Source of the DNA: an uncultured Clostridia bacterium
Lineage (GTDB): Bacteria > Bacillota > Clostridia > Oscillospirales > Ruminococcaceae
Reading direction: 5' to 3'
Assembly: GCA_947629905.1 (NCBI GenBank)
Contig: CANRFM010000008.1
Coordinates: 5,811-69,810, forward strand
Length of the DNA stretch: 64,000 bases
The notes under the pieces were generated by a model. It searched no databases. It worked only from the letters and a program-made list of their open reading frames with translations, and was not told the DNA's origin. This document shows, one piece after another, positions 1 to 8,658 of this stretch (its first letter is position 1; every line of letters begins with the position of its first letter). The position numbers were made by a program, and so were the translations under genes.

Positions 1-873
1 GTGGCAGACAATACGAATTATAATGTTTATACAGCAACGGATGAAGATTATACGCTTCTGAATGCGATCGGTACAGATGCAGGGGGATATGATTACGTAC
101 TGGACGGGTATGCGGATACGCTGTTCCGTTCTGAGGGTGTACTGGAACAGTTCGTGGATCTGTGGCTGAACGGTCAGCGTCTGGTAAACGGCGTGGACTA
201 TCTGGCAGAAAGCGGAAGCACCAAGATCACGATCTATGCGCAGACTTTTGAGAACAAGGCTGACAAAGAGGGCGAGAATACCATTGCTGCTGAATTCCGT
301 ACCAAGGATACCGGAAGTCTGAATACTTTGGGCAATACCAATGAACTGAAACGTACTGCACAGAATTTCCGCCTGTCTGCGGCGGAGGAAACACAAAAGG
401 ATGAAGTGAAAGTCAGCATTCGTGTAAAGGATGCTTCCGGGAATGCTGTATCCGGGCTGACACTGGAACTGCACTCCGACCCGCAGACAGGTGTAACGGA
501 TGCGACCGGAACAGTGGGATTCCAGCCGATCGCCTTCGGGGAACATACGCTTTATGCGAAAGATGCAAGCGGAAAAACAACAGCACAGTGGACATTCCAG
601 CTGGTATCCGGCAAGGAACAGCGTATCGACGGAAATACTGTAACGGCTGTAAAGGGCGGTTCTGTTTTGCTGGAGATGGTATACACCGGAACAGGTCTTG
701 ACAAGCCAACACTGGTTTCTGAAAACACCTCCGACACACAGTCAGAAACAGATGCCACAGCCATCAACCCGGATACGGGAGATGCTTTTGCACTCTGGCG
801 GCTGATCGCATTTGTTTCCTCGCTCCTGATCGGTTCTACATTGTTCCTGCCCCGGAAGCGGAAAACCAGATAA
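1..873 (+). CDS. Cell-surface protein, C-terminal part (5' end outside window) with LPXTG-like sorting signal
   Basis: Frame is open from nt 1. Contains a beta-sandwich-like segment VKVSIRVKDASGNAVSGLTLELHSDPQTGVTDATGTVGF. The C-terminus is NPDTG, then hydrophobic FALWRLIAFVSSLLIGSTLFL, then basic PRKRKTR, which is the tripartite sortase-signal layout. Confidence 0.6.
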   Translation: MADNTNYNVYTATDEDYTLLNAIGTDAGGYDYVLDGYADTLFRSEGVLEQFVDLWLNGQRLVNGVDYLAESGSTKITIYAQTFENKADKEGENTIAAEFRTKDTGSLNTLGNTNELKRTAQNFRLSAAEETQKDEVKVSIRVKDASGNAVSGLTLELHSDPQTGVTDATGTVGFQPIAFGEHTLYAKDASGKTTAQWTFQLVSGKEQRIDGNTVTAVKGGSVLLEMVYTGTGLDKPTLVSENTSDTQSETDATAINPDTGDAFALWRLIAFVSSLLIGSTLFLPRKRKTR

Positions 874-884
874 ATATAAACGAG

Positions 885-921
885 CCGGATAGTGCTGCCG
901 GATCTCCGGCGCACTATTCCG
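885..921 (+). other. Nested palindrome/hairpin just after the surface-protein stop (possible terminator, no T-tract)
   Basis: The sequence is ccggatagtgc-tgccggatctccggc-gcactattccg. The inner GCCGGA-TC-TCCGGC is a perfect palindrome. Confidence 0.3.
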
Positions 922-930
922 ACAGACAGT

Positions 931-1033
931 GTCACCGGAACGGGCAAAGTCCTATTTTGCATGAAATGGTATCACCATGGAGTATTATGATCCAACTGCC
1001 GCACCGACAGAAGCAGCGGCACAGGAGGAATGA
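931..1033 (+). pseudogene. Relic 3' end of a B-type cassette gene
   Basis: Aligns with 2545-2607 and 4666-4728 (tcaccggaac.ggc.aagtcctattttgca...ggtatcac..tggagtattatgatcc). An in-frame TGA replaces the CAA codon (SPERAKSYFA*NGITMEYYDP...AAQEE*). No 5' part is present. It is followed by the same AGGAGG-N8-ATG junction as the intact copies. Confidence 0.7.
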
Positions 1034-1036
1034 ACA

Positions 1037-1831
1037 ATGGCACATATGATGTGGATGCTGCTGGGTCTTCTGGCGGTAGAAGGTCTGGCACTTGGGGGCG
1101 GGCTGCTGATGAGAAAAGCTTTCCGCCGTCCGGAAACGGGACAAACGGAAAAGAAGTCCCCCAACAAAAACGGACTGCTTGCGGCAGCGGTCGTCATGAT
1201 ATTGGCAGGCACAGCCCTTCTGGGCGGGATCCTGTTTCGGGGCAAGACAGAAATGACCCAACAAACAGCAGAAGCCGAGACAGAGGCTGCGACAGAAGCG
1301 CCTGCCGAAGCCCCGACAGAAGCACCAACAGAAGCGCCTACAGAAGAATTGACAGAAGCGCCGACCGAGCCGGTGACAGAGGAATTTCAGCCTGATATGG
1401 ATGCGGTCTGTCTGAATAAGGTAAGTCTGGGCGGTTTCTATCTCGACTATTACACCGACCAGACGGTGGCTGTTATCGGGATCGTGACGGATGAGATCGA
1501 TGGCGTGGCATCCTACGACAGCCTTTATGGCAGTCATGAGACCGTTACGATCCCGGAGGAGATCGAGGGGTATCGTGTACGGGGACTGGATCAAGAAACA
1601 TTGTGGTATGAATACTACTATTCACTACAGCTCTCATGGGACGGCGTGACTTGCCTTCGTGTTCCGGAAGAAATGGAGCTCCCTTGCGACTACGGTTATA
1701 ACTATGAAACTAATGAAGAGTATGAGATCAGCGCAGAAGAAAGTTTTGCAAAACAAGGTGTTACAGTTGAAAGATACGATCCGTCTGCTGAGGATGCACC
1801 GGCAGAAACAGCAGCATCGCAGGAGGAATAA
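1037..1831 (+). CDS. Membrane-anchored surface protein, cassette type A copy 1
   Basis: Two N-terminal hydrophobic helices (MWMLLGLLAVEGLALGGGLL, LLAAAVVMILAGTALLGGILF), a TEAPTE linker, and a C-terminal domain ending FAKQGVTVERYDP. It is a paralog of 3173-4000. Confidence 0.75.
   Translation: MAHMMWMLLGLLAVEGLALGGGLLMRKAFRRPETGQTEKKSPNKNGLLAAAVVMILAGTALLGGILFRGKTEMTQQTAEAETEAATEAPAEAPTEAPTEAPTEELTEAPTEPVTEEFQPDMDAVCLNKVSLGGFYLDYYTDQTVAVIGIVTDEIDGVASYDSLYGSHETVTIPEEIEGYRVRGLDQETLWYEYYYSLQLSWDGVTCLRVPEEMELPCDYGYNYETNEEYEISAEESFAKQGVTVERYDPSAEDAPAETAASQEE
1268..1381 (+). repeat. 12-nt-period coding repeat (TEAP/TEPP linker)
   Basis: Encodes AEAETEAATEAPAEAPTEAPTEAPTEELTEAPTEPVTEE. Confidence 0.8.
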
Positions 1832-1834
1832 GCC

Positions 1835-3169
1835 ATGGACGGTACAAGTATTTTAATGGCGGCAGGTGTCTTTGTTTCTGCACTGCTGACATTCGGAGGC
1901 GGGATGCTGATCTCCGAAGCAAAACGTTCTGACAAGGTACAGCCGGATGAAAAGAAACAACCGGATGAGCAGAAACAGCCTGCTGAAAAAACAAAGACGG
2001 TCGAAAAGACCGGCATGGGAAAGGGTGTACTCGTGCCGGCAGCAACAGCGATGCTGGCAGCCTCTCTGACGTTCGGGGAATTACTGGTCGGTCAGGCAGA
2101 CCGGACAGAAGATACATCCGATATGCTGCTGGAAATGACAACGGAAGCATCTACGGAAGCTCCCACAGAAGCTCCGACAGAGCCGCCTACGGAAGCCCCG
2201 ACAGAACCGCCCACAGAAGCCCCGACAGAGCCGCCGACCCCTTCTTTGGCGGATGCGCCGACCGTATTGCTCCCGTTTGAAAAGGTGATCGATACATATT
2301 CCGAAAAAGCCGGTAACTACACAGGCGGTTTCTTTTGTCCCGAGTATGCGGACGGAACGATCTGCATCTGCGGATTTTGGGGAGACTATGTGGCACTGCA
2401 CGGCGGCAACGACGTTTTGACGATCCCTTTGCAAAATGAGGACTATATCGTGAGAGCGGTAGATACCGCATGGGCAGACTGGACCGGTATCTCTGTCATC
2501 CGTATCCCGGAAGGGATGCCGGTCACGGAGTGGGACACTATACTGTCACCGGAACAGGCGAAGTCCTATTTTGCACAAAATGGTATCACGCTGGAGTATT
2601 ATGATCCGGCTGCCGAGCCGTATGAGGTGACACACACCAAGCCGGTCGTTCCTGCCTTTAGAGATGCTGGTTCAAACATGACAAGTGAAAATGGCTTATG
2701 GGTAGAACATTGTTTAGGCGGTTCAAACAACACAGGTAGAGTTTTCGGGATCGTGGACTATGAGGATGAAGCAAAATTGCCCGATTATGATGCCATTTTT
2801 GGCGGGCATGAAACTGTCACGATCCCGCTGACAGCCGGGGAATGGAATGAATATTCACAGTCAACAGGTGAAGTGACGGCAACGCATCCGCTTTCGGTCA
2901 AAGAGATCATCTTCGGCGGTCTGTTAAGCGGACAGCTGGAGGAATTTAACTGGGCAGGCGTGAAGCATATTCGCATCCCGGAGGACAGCGATATACATTT
3001 TTATGCCTGTGAAGAGAAAATGAGCGACCGAACGGAATTAACCTTTGAGAAATTAAAAGAACAGCTTGCAGAAAACGGCATTACGCTGGAAACCTATGAT
3101 CCGGCTACAGAGGCTGATCCAACGGCAGAAACTGAAGCACCGACAGAAGCAGCGGCACAGGAGGAATGA
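1835..3169 (+). CDS. Membrane-anchored surface protein, cassette type B copy 1 (B-type domain plus an extra A-like domain)
   Basis: N-terminus MDGTSILMAAGVFVSALLTFGGGML, a charged loop, a second TM and a PTE linker. There are two C-terminal domains, each ending G-I-T-L-E-x-YDP. The SD for the next gene lies in the last codons. Confidence 0.75.
   Translation: MDGTSILMAAGVFVSALLTFGGGMLISEAKRSDKVQPDEKKQPDEQKQPAEKTKTVEKTGMGKGVLVPAATAMLAASLTFGELLVGQADRTEDTSDMLLEMTTEASTEAPTEAPTEPPTEAPTEPPTEAPTEPPTPSLADAPTVLLPFEKVIDTYSEKAGNYTGGFFCPEYADGTICICGFWGDYVALHGGNDVLTIPLQNEDYIVRAVDTAWADWTGISVIRIPEGMPVTEWDTILSPEQAKSYFAQNGITLEYYDPAAEPYEVTHTKPVVPAFRDAGSNMTSENGLWVEHCLGGSNNTGRVFGIVDYEDEAKLPDYDAIFGGHETVTIPLTAGEWNEYSQSTGEVTATHPLSVKEIIFGGLLSGQLEEFNWAGVKHIRIPEDSDIHFYACEEKMSDRTELTFEKLKEQLAENGITLETYDPATEADPTAETEAPTEAAAQEE
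2138..2239 (+). repeat. 12-nt-period coding repeat (TEAP/TEPP linker)
   Basis: Encodes TTEASTEAPTEAPTEPPTEAPTEPPTEAPTEPPT. Confidence 0.8.
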
Positions 3170-3172
3170 ACA

Positions 3173-4000
3173 ATGGCACATATAATGTGGATGCTGCTGG
3201 GTGTTCTGGCAGTAGAAGGTCTGGCATTTGGCGGTGGGCTGCTGATGCGAAAAGCTGTCCGCCGTCCGGAAACAGGGCAAACGGAAAAGAAGTCCCCCAA
3301 CAAAAACGGACAGCTTGCAGCAGCGGCAGTCATGACGCTTGTCGGGGCAGTGCTTGCCTGTCTCATCCTGATGCAGGCATTTGCTAAAACCGAAGAAGCC
3401 CAACAGACATTGGAAGCCACGGAAGCTCCGACAGAAGCTTTGACCGAAGCTCCGACAGAACCGCCTACTGAACCACCGACCGAACCGCCGACAGAGCCGC
3501 CGACGGAATTGGAGACAGAGAGTTTTCAGGCATATAAGGAAAAGAAACAATATCAATATCGGTCAATGGCTATGGACTGTATAAACAAAGTAAGTATGGA
3601 CGGATTTTATCTCGATTGTTTTTCCGATAATAAGGTAGTCATTACTGGGTTAGTGACGGATGAGATAGAGGGAGTGGCATCCTATGACAGCCTTTATGGC
3701 AGTCATGAAACAGTCACAGTTCCGGAGAAAATCAATGGGTATCCTGTGTGGGGGATAGACAGCGGACTGATGTCGGAACCTACTTTTGCTGCACCACAGG
3801 CAGTATGGAAAGGCGTGATCTGCCTCCGTGTTCCGAAGGGAATGGATGTGCTCAGCGGTTCTTACTATGACTACGAAAAGGGAGAAGTGATTACTGTCAC
3901 TGGAGAAGAGTGGTTTGCAAAATATGGCATTACCATTGAAAGATACGATCCGTCTGCTGAAGATGCACCGGCAGAAACAGCAGCACCGCAGGAGGAATAA
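3173..4000 (+). CDS. Membrane-anchored surface protein, cassette type A copy 2
   Basis: N-terminus MAHIMWMLLGVLAVEGLAFGGGLLMRKAVRRPETGQTEKKSPNKNG is near-identical to 1037-1831. It has a PTE linker and a C-terminus FAKYGITIERYDPSAEDAPAETAAPQEE. Confidence 0.75.
   Translation: MAHIMWMLLGVLAVEGLAFGGGLLMRKAVRRPETGQTEKKSPNKNGQLAAAAVMTLVGAVLACLILMQAFAKTEEAQQTLEATEAPTEALTEAPTEPPTEPPTEPPTEPPTELETESFQAYKEKKQYQYRSMAMDCINKVSMDGFYLDCFSDNKVVITGLVTDEIEGVASYDSLYGSHETVTVPEKINGYPVWGIDSGLMSEPTFAAPQAVWKGVICLRVPKGMDVLSGSYYDYEKGEVITVTGEEWFAKYGITIERYDPSAEDAPAETAAPQEE
3413..3520 (+). repeat. 12-nt-period coding repeat (TEAP/TEPP linker)
   Basis: Encodes EATEAPTEALTEAPTEPPTEPPTEPPTEPPTELETE. Confidence 0.8.
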
Positions 4001-4003
4001 GTC

Positions 4004-4783
4004 ATGGACGGTACAAGTATTTTAATGGCAGCAGGCATCGGTGTTGCTGCACTGCTGACTTTCGGGGGCGGAATGATGATTTCCGAAGCAAAACGCTCTG
4101 AAAAGGTACAGCCGGATGAAAAGAAAGAGACGGCTGAAAAGACTGGCATGGGAAAGGGCATACTCCTGCCGGCAGCAGCATTGATGCTGGCAGCCTCTCT
4201 GGCGTTCGGGGAATTGCTGGTCGGTCAGGCAGACCGGACAGAGGATATATCCAACACACTGGAATTGACAACGGAAGCTCCTACGGAAGCCCCCACAGAA
4301 GCACCAACAGAGCCGCCTACAGAACCCCCGACAGAGCCGCCAACAGAAGCACCAACGGAACCGCCGCTCCCCTCTTTGGCGGATGCGCCGACCGTATTGA
4401 TTCCGCTTGAAGCCATGCTCGATACATATAATGAAAAGACCGGAAACTACACGGGTGGTTTCCTTTGCCCCATGTATGCGGATGAAACGATCAGCATTAA
4501 CGGATTCTGGGAAGACTATACGGGACCTGAAGTCCTGACGATCCCTTTGAAAAACGGGGATTATATCGTGAGGTCAGTAGACATCTTTTTTCTGGCAAAA
4601 TGGGATGGCATTTCTGTCATCCGCATCCCGGAGGGGATGCAGTTCACTAATCGGAGAAAGATAGTATCACCGGAACAGGCAAAGTCCTATTTTGCACAAA
4701 AAGGTATCACCATGGAGTATTATGATCCGGCGCAGGAGTCGGCATCCACGGAAAGCAGCGCAGATGCAGATCCGGCAAATTAA
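4004..4783 (+). CDS. Membrane-anchored surface protein, cassette type B copy 2
   Basis: The N-terminus MDGTSILMAAGIGVAALLTFGGGMM is as in 1835-3169. It has a PTE linker and a single domain ending FAQKGITMEYYDP. Confidence 0.75.
   Translation: MDGTSILMAAGIGVAALLTFGGGMMISEAKRSEKVQPDEKKETAEKTGMGKGILLPAAALMLAASLAFGELLVGQADRTEDISNTLELTTEAPTEAPTEAPTEPPTEPPTEPPTEAPTEPPLPSLADAPTVLIPLEAMLDTYNEKTGNYTGGFLCPMYADETISINGFWEDYTGPEVLTIPLKNGDYIVRSVDIFFLAKWDGISVIRIPEGMQFTNRRKIVSPEQAKSYFAQKGITMEYYDPAQESASTESSADADPAN
4268..4366 (+). repeat. 12-nt-period coding repeat (TEAP/TEPP linker)
   Basis: Encodes TTEAPTEAPTEAPTEPPTEPPTEPPTEAPTEPP. Confidence 0.8.
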
Positions 4784-4796
4784 AAAGATCGGAGGT

Positions 4797-6065
4797 ATGA
4801 CAATGATAAAACAGATCTTTTCCGCAGTAACGGCACTGGCAATGACAGGCATACTGATGACCTCTGTAGGTGCAGTTCAGGCAGAAGAACCATCTGCACT
4901 GTCGAAAGAGGAAATAGAAGCTCTTATGCCGCAGATCGAAGCAGCGGACAATCTTCTGATACATGAGGAAAACTGTTACAGCAGCACAATAGCAACATCA
5001 GAACTGGCAGAAAAGACTGGTTCAGAATACGGCTATACGCACATGGAAAACCGTGAAAATACGGAAAATCGTGAACGATTGTATAATGAGCTGATGAGCT
5101 GCATGGAGTCGGTCTGGACGAGCGAAACGGATTCCATGCAAATGGACAATGTGTTGGTAGGAACATTCTACATCATGGAAGTATTGGTGCTGGAGGACTT
5201 TGGGCTGAACTTTGATGAAGCTTCGGAAGTCTATGAGATGTTCCGGCATGACAATCCAATATTTTATTTTGCATCCAATGCAGTCTACGGCTATTCCCTA
5301 TCAGATACACAGACAATTCTGATGGTATGCTGCTTTGAAGAATTTGCTCCGGCAGCTGTCAAGCAGGAATGCAATGCCATGATAGAGCCTTATATCATGG
5401 AATATGCCGGATGTGTAGGCAGCGGTTCTACTTTTACTGATGCAAAGGCAATCCATGATAAGCTGATCCTCTCTATGGATTATGCCTATCAGGAAGACGG
5501 TGTGACCCCTTCTGAGACTGGCTATGCACATAGTATCATGGGTGCGATCGTGGGTGAAGGCACTTGTGATGCCTATGCCAAGACTTACCAGATGCTGTGT
5601 GAATATTACGGAATAGAAAGCATTTTTGTGACAGGCTATGTCCATGACAACCATGCATGGAATCTGCTGCAAATGGATGACGGGAATTACTATTTCGTGG
5701 ACTGTACAGGGGACGATCTCGGCGATGCGGCAAGCGATGCGTTTTTTGCTGTGGGAACGGACACGCTCTACCAGACACACACCATCAACACGCCTGAAAA
5801 CATTGGTGCAGACTATCTGTATGCACTCCCGGACATCAGCAAAACAGACTACAATGCAGCTGAAATACCGGAAGATAAGCCGACAGCAGGCGATGTGGAT
5901 CGTGACGGACAGCTCAGCACAGCCGATCTGGTACTGCTACAGAAATGGCTCTTGGCGGCAGATGTTGAGATCAGCAGTGAAAATGCCGATCTGTGCCCGG
6001 ACGGTGTGATAGACATTTTCGATCTTGGCATGATGAAACATATATTGCTTACCGGAACGGTATAA
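4797..6065 (+). CDS. Secreted transglutaminase-like (Cys-His-Asp) protein with C-terminal type-I dockerin
   Basis: GGAGG lies upstream of the ATG at 4797. Signal peptide is MTMIKQIFSAVTALAMTGILMTSVGAVQA. The core reads GEGTCDAYAKTY ... HAWNLLQMDDGNYYFVDCTGDD. The dockerin duplicated Ca-binding loops are GDVDRDGQLSTADLVLLQKWLL and DLCPDGVIDIFDLGMMK. The longer track ORF from 4692 overlaps the previous gene. Confidence 0.7.
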   Translation: MTMIKQIFSAVTALAMTGILMTSVGAVQAEEPSALSKEEIEALMPQIEAADNLLIHEENCYSSTIATSELAEKTGSEYGYTHMENRENTENRERLYNELMSCMESVWTSETDSMQMDNVLVGTFYIMEVLVLEDFGLNFDEASEVYEMFRHDNPIFYFASNAVYGYSLSDTQTILMVCCFEEFAPAAVKQECNAMIEPYIMEYAGCVGSGSTFTDAKAIHDKLILSMDYAYQEDGVTPSETGYAHSIMGAIVGEGTCDAYAKTYQMLCEYYGIESIFVTGYVHDNHAWNLLQMDDGNYYFVDCTGDDLGDAASDAFFAVGTDTLYQTHTINTPENIGADYLYALPDISKTDYNAAEIPEDKPTAGDVDRDGQLSTADLVLLQKWLLAADVEISSENADLCPDGVIDIFDLGMMKHILLTGTV

Positions 6066-6102
6066 AAAATACGCTGAAAAAAGAAAAGGTGAAGGTGAAA
6101 CT

Positions 6103-7239
6103 ATGAGGGTACTGATACTGGACACGGATACAGAATATTCCGGACGCTTGCGGCATTATTGCAGCAAACGTTACACACAGCTGCAATTTTCCGTATGTGA
6201 TGATCCGGAAGCAGCCAAAAAGCTGATGCAGGAGTCAGCTTATGATGTTGTTCTGTTCGATGCGGAATTTGACGATATTCAGCCGGAAAGTCTTGCTCCC
6301 CTGCTTGGTCGGTCGGCATTTGCCTATATCTCCGGCACAAATGAGATCGTGAATGACTGTGACACGATCATGAAGTATATTCCTGTTACGGAAATGTTCA
6401 CAAAGATCTGTGCACTGTATGAAAAGAAGCGTAACCGCATTGTCAGACAAAACAAGGACAGCACGGAACAGGAAAAAAAGACGGAGATCATCACTTTCCT
6501 GCCCGTACACGGCGGTGCGGGAAGTTCAACAATGGCAGCAGCCTGTGCTATGTCGCTTTCGGAGGAAGCGGACGTGCTGTACATCGATCTTGAACAGTGT
6601 CCGTCAGATGCTGTGTTCTTTGACGGCAGCGGCAAAAAAGGGATCTCCGACGTGATTTCCCTGCTCAAGACCAGATATACAGATCCCAGCGTGGTCAATC
6701 TGCTTCACGAAGTCATCCAGAAAGATACAAAGCAGAAGAATTATAAAGTGGACTACATCCGGGGCTATGCGAATATTATGGACTGTCTGTCTATGACAGT
6801 ATCCTGTCTTGATACGCTCCTGAGAGTGCTGCGGGAAAAGATGAATTACCGTTTCATCATCATTGATGCGGATCTTATCATCAGTCCGATCCTGAATAAG
6901 CTGATCGCTGAAACAGATAAGCTGGTATTTGTCAGCTCGGGGGCGGATGTTGCCAATAACAAACTCCGGCGGATCCAACGGTATCTGGAGATCCTCGCAA
7001 GGGATGATGCCTGCGAGATGCCGGAAAAATACCTGCTGTTCAACCAGTATTACGGCATGAAGGAAGAACTTACGGTGGCAGGGGATATGGAGATCCTTGC
7101 AAAGATCGCCCGGTATCGGACAGGAGATAAGACACGCATCACTTCGCAGAATATCCTCCGTGAAGTATTGTCCGGCAAGCAGGTCTTTGCCGCTTTGAAG
7201 CCAAAAGATCCTGATGAAGAGGAAACATCTGTACAGTAA
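6103..7239 (+). CDS. TadZ/CpaE-like protein: receiver-like N-domain plus ParA/MinD-like domain with degenerate P-loop
   Basis: N-terminus MRVLILDTDTE...DVVLFDAEF is REC-like. The central FLPVHGGAGSSTMAAACAMS sits where KGGxGK[ST]T is expected. It is positioned directly upstream of cpaF. Confidence 0.6.
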   Translation: MRVLILDTDTEYSGRLRHYCSKRYTQLQFSVCDDPEAAKKLMQESAYDVVLFDAEFDDIQPESLAPLLGRSAFAYISGTNEIVNDCDTIMKYIPVTEMFTKICALYEKKRNRIVRQNKDSTEQEKKTEIITFLPVHGGAGSSTMAAACAMSLSEEADVLYIDLEQCPSDAVFFDGSGKKGISDVISLLKTRYTDPSVVNLLHEVIQKDTKQKNYKVDYIRGYANIMDCLSMTVSCLDTLLRVLREKMNYRFIIIDADLIISPILNKLIAETDKLVFVSSGADVANNKLRRIQRYLEILARDDACEMPEKYLLFNQYYGMKEELTVAGDMEILAKIARYRTGDKTRITSQNILREVLSGKQVFAALKPKDPDEEETSVQ

Positions 7240-7256
7240 GGCGGTGATGAAACAAG

Positions 7257-8639
7257 ATGAAAATGAATATTGTGATCGATGAGGTCGTCAAGGAGATCTG
7301 CCATGCGATCGATCACGGCGAATTTATGGAAGAGGAAAAAGCCGACGCACAGGGGTTTGAAAAGATCAAGAACAAGGCGGAAAATGTTCAGGCAATACGG
7401 GAATCGGATGATGAGACGTACCGTTCCTACATATGGAAGATACTGGACAGGATACTGGACGAAAACGGAGATTACAAAGCTTCGGATGGTTCCATGGTCT
7501 ACATCATGCCGGAGGACAAGGCAAGGATCGTAGAGCAGGTATTCGGTATGTACCGTGGACTGGGGCTTCTGGACACGCTGCTGATGGATGAGGAGATCAC
7601 GGAGCTGATGGTCAATGGACCGGACAATATCTTCGTGGAGAAAAAAGGACGTGTCATCCGTCTTGATCAGCGTATCTGCAACGATACCGACTGCTCGGAA
7701 GAAGAACGTTTTGAGCGGGGGCGTGTGCAGCTCCGGAAGATCATTCACCGTATCGTGGACATCTGCGGCAGAGAGGTCAACGAGGCTAACCCGATCGTGG
7801 ATGCCCGTTTGAAAGACGGTTCCCGTGTCAATATCGTGCTGCACCCCATTGCCATGTGCGGCGATACCGTGACGATCCGTAAATTCTCCAAAAAGCCCAT
7901 GAGCATCGAACGGCTGATCGCCTACGGTTCGATCACTGAGGAGATCGCCATGAAGCTGAAAATGCTGGTCGGTGCGAAATACAACATCTTCATCAGCGGC
8001 GGTACGGGCAGCGGTAAGACTACCTTCCTGAATGCTCTGTCCAACTACATTCCTCACGATGAACGTGTTATTACCATTGAGGACTCCGCTGAGCTGCAGA
8101 TCACAGGCGTGGACAACTTGGTCAGCCTTGAGACAAAGCAGGCAAATGCAGAGGGCAAGGGTGCGATCACGATCAAAGACCTGATCAAATCCTCCCTGCG
8201 AATGCGTCCGGAACGGATCGTTGTCGGAGAGGTGCGTGGCGAGGAAGCGCTGGATATGCTGCAGGCGATGAATACCGGACATGACGGCTCGCTGTCTACC
8301 GGTCACGCCAATTCTGCCAAAGATATGCTTACCCGTCTGGAAACCATGGTGCTGCAGGGGGCTTCCGGCCTGCCGCTGGATGCTGTGCGAAGGCAGATCG
8401 GTTCGGCGCTGGACATCATCGTCCACCTGTCAAGAATGCGTGACCACTCCCGGAAAGTGGTAGAGATCACAGAAGTGCTTGGCTATGAAAAGGGAGAGAT
8501 CATTCTCAATCCGCTGTATGTGTTCGAGGAGGATAAGGATTCCACACTGGAACACGTGAAGGGCGGTCTGATGCGTACGAAAAATATCATGCAGAACACC
8601 GGAAAGCTCCGTCAGGCGGGCATTCCGGAGGATCTGTAA
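7257..8639 (+). CDS. cpaF: Tad pilus secretion ATPase CpaF/TadA (type II/IV secretion NTPase)
   Basis: Walker A is [16 protein letters not shown], Walker B region is [11 protein letters not shown], with [15 protein letters not shown] and [13 protein letters not shown]. Confidence 0.9.
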   Translation: MKMNIVIDEVVKEICHAIDHGEFMEEEKADAQGFEKIKNKAENVQAIRESDDETYRSYIWKILDRILDENGDYKASDGSMVYIMPEDKARIVEQVFGMYRGLGLLDTLLMDEEITELMVNGPDNIFVEKKGRVIRLDQRICNDTDCSEEERFERGRVQLRKIIHRIVDICGREVNEANPIVDARLKDGSRVNIVLHPIAMCGDTVTIRKFSKKPMSIERLIAYGSITEEIAMKLKMLVGAKYNIFISGGTGSGKTTFLNALSNYIPHDERVITIEDSAELQITGVDNLVSLETKQANAEGKGAITIKDLIKSSLRMRPERIVVGEVRGEEALDMLQAMNTGHDGSLSTGHANSAKDMLTRLETMVLQGASGLPLDAVRRQIGSALDIIVHLSRMRDHSRKVVEITEVLGYEKGEIILNPLYVFEEDKDSTLEHVKGGLMRTKNIMQNTGKLRQAGIPEDL

Positions 8640-8658
8640 CAGATCGGAGGGATGAAAA

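Noticed and set aside
932-3556. Minus-strand ORFs 932-1594 and 3053-3556 with C/R/F-rich repeats.
   Set aside because: They are mirror images of the TEAPTE coding repeats (the complement reads as RRFCR repeats). The plus-strand paralog family is coherent.
1268-4366. Regularly repeated short sequences that could be taken for a CRISPR array, including the ~105-bp units at 54463-54790.
   Set aside because: The TEAPTE repeats have a 12-nt period and lie in-frame inside genes. The 54.5-kb units lack the pattern of identical repeats separated by unique spacers. No cas genes are present.
7050-8426. 458-aa ORF on the minus strand.
   Set aside because: It is entirely antisense to cpaF, which has unambiguous Walker and His-box motifs. 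Its translation is R/H/Q/L/D-rich with no motif and no SD, so it is a shadow ORF.
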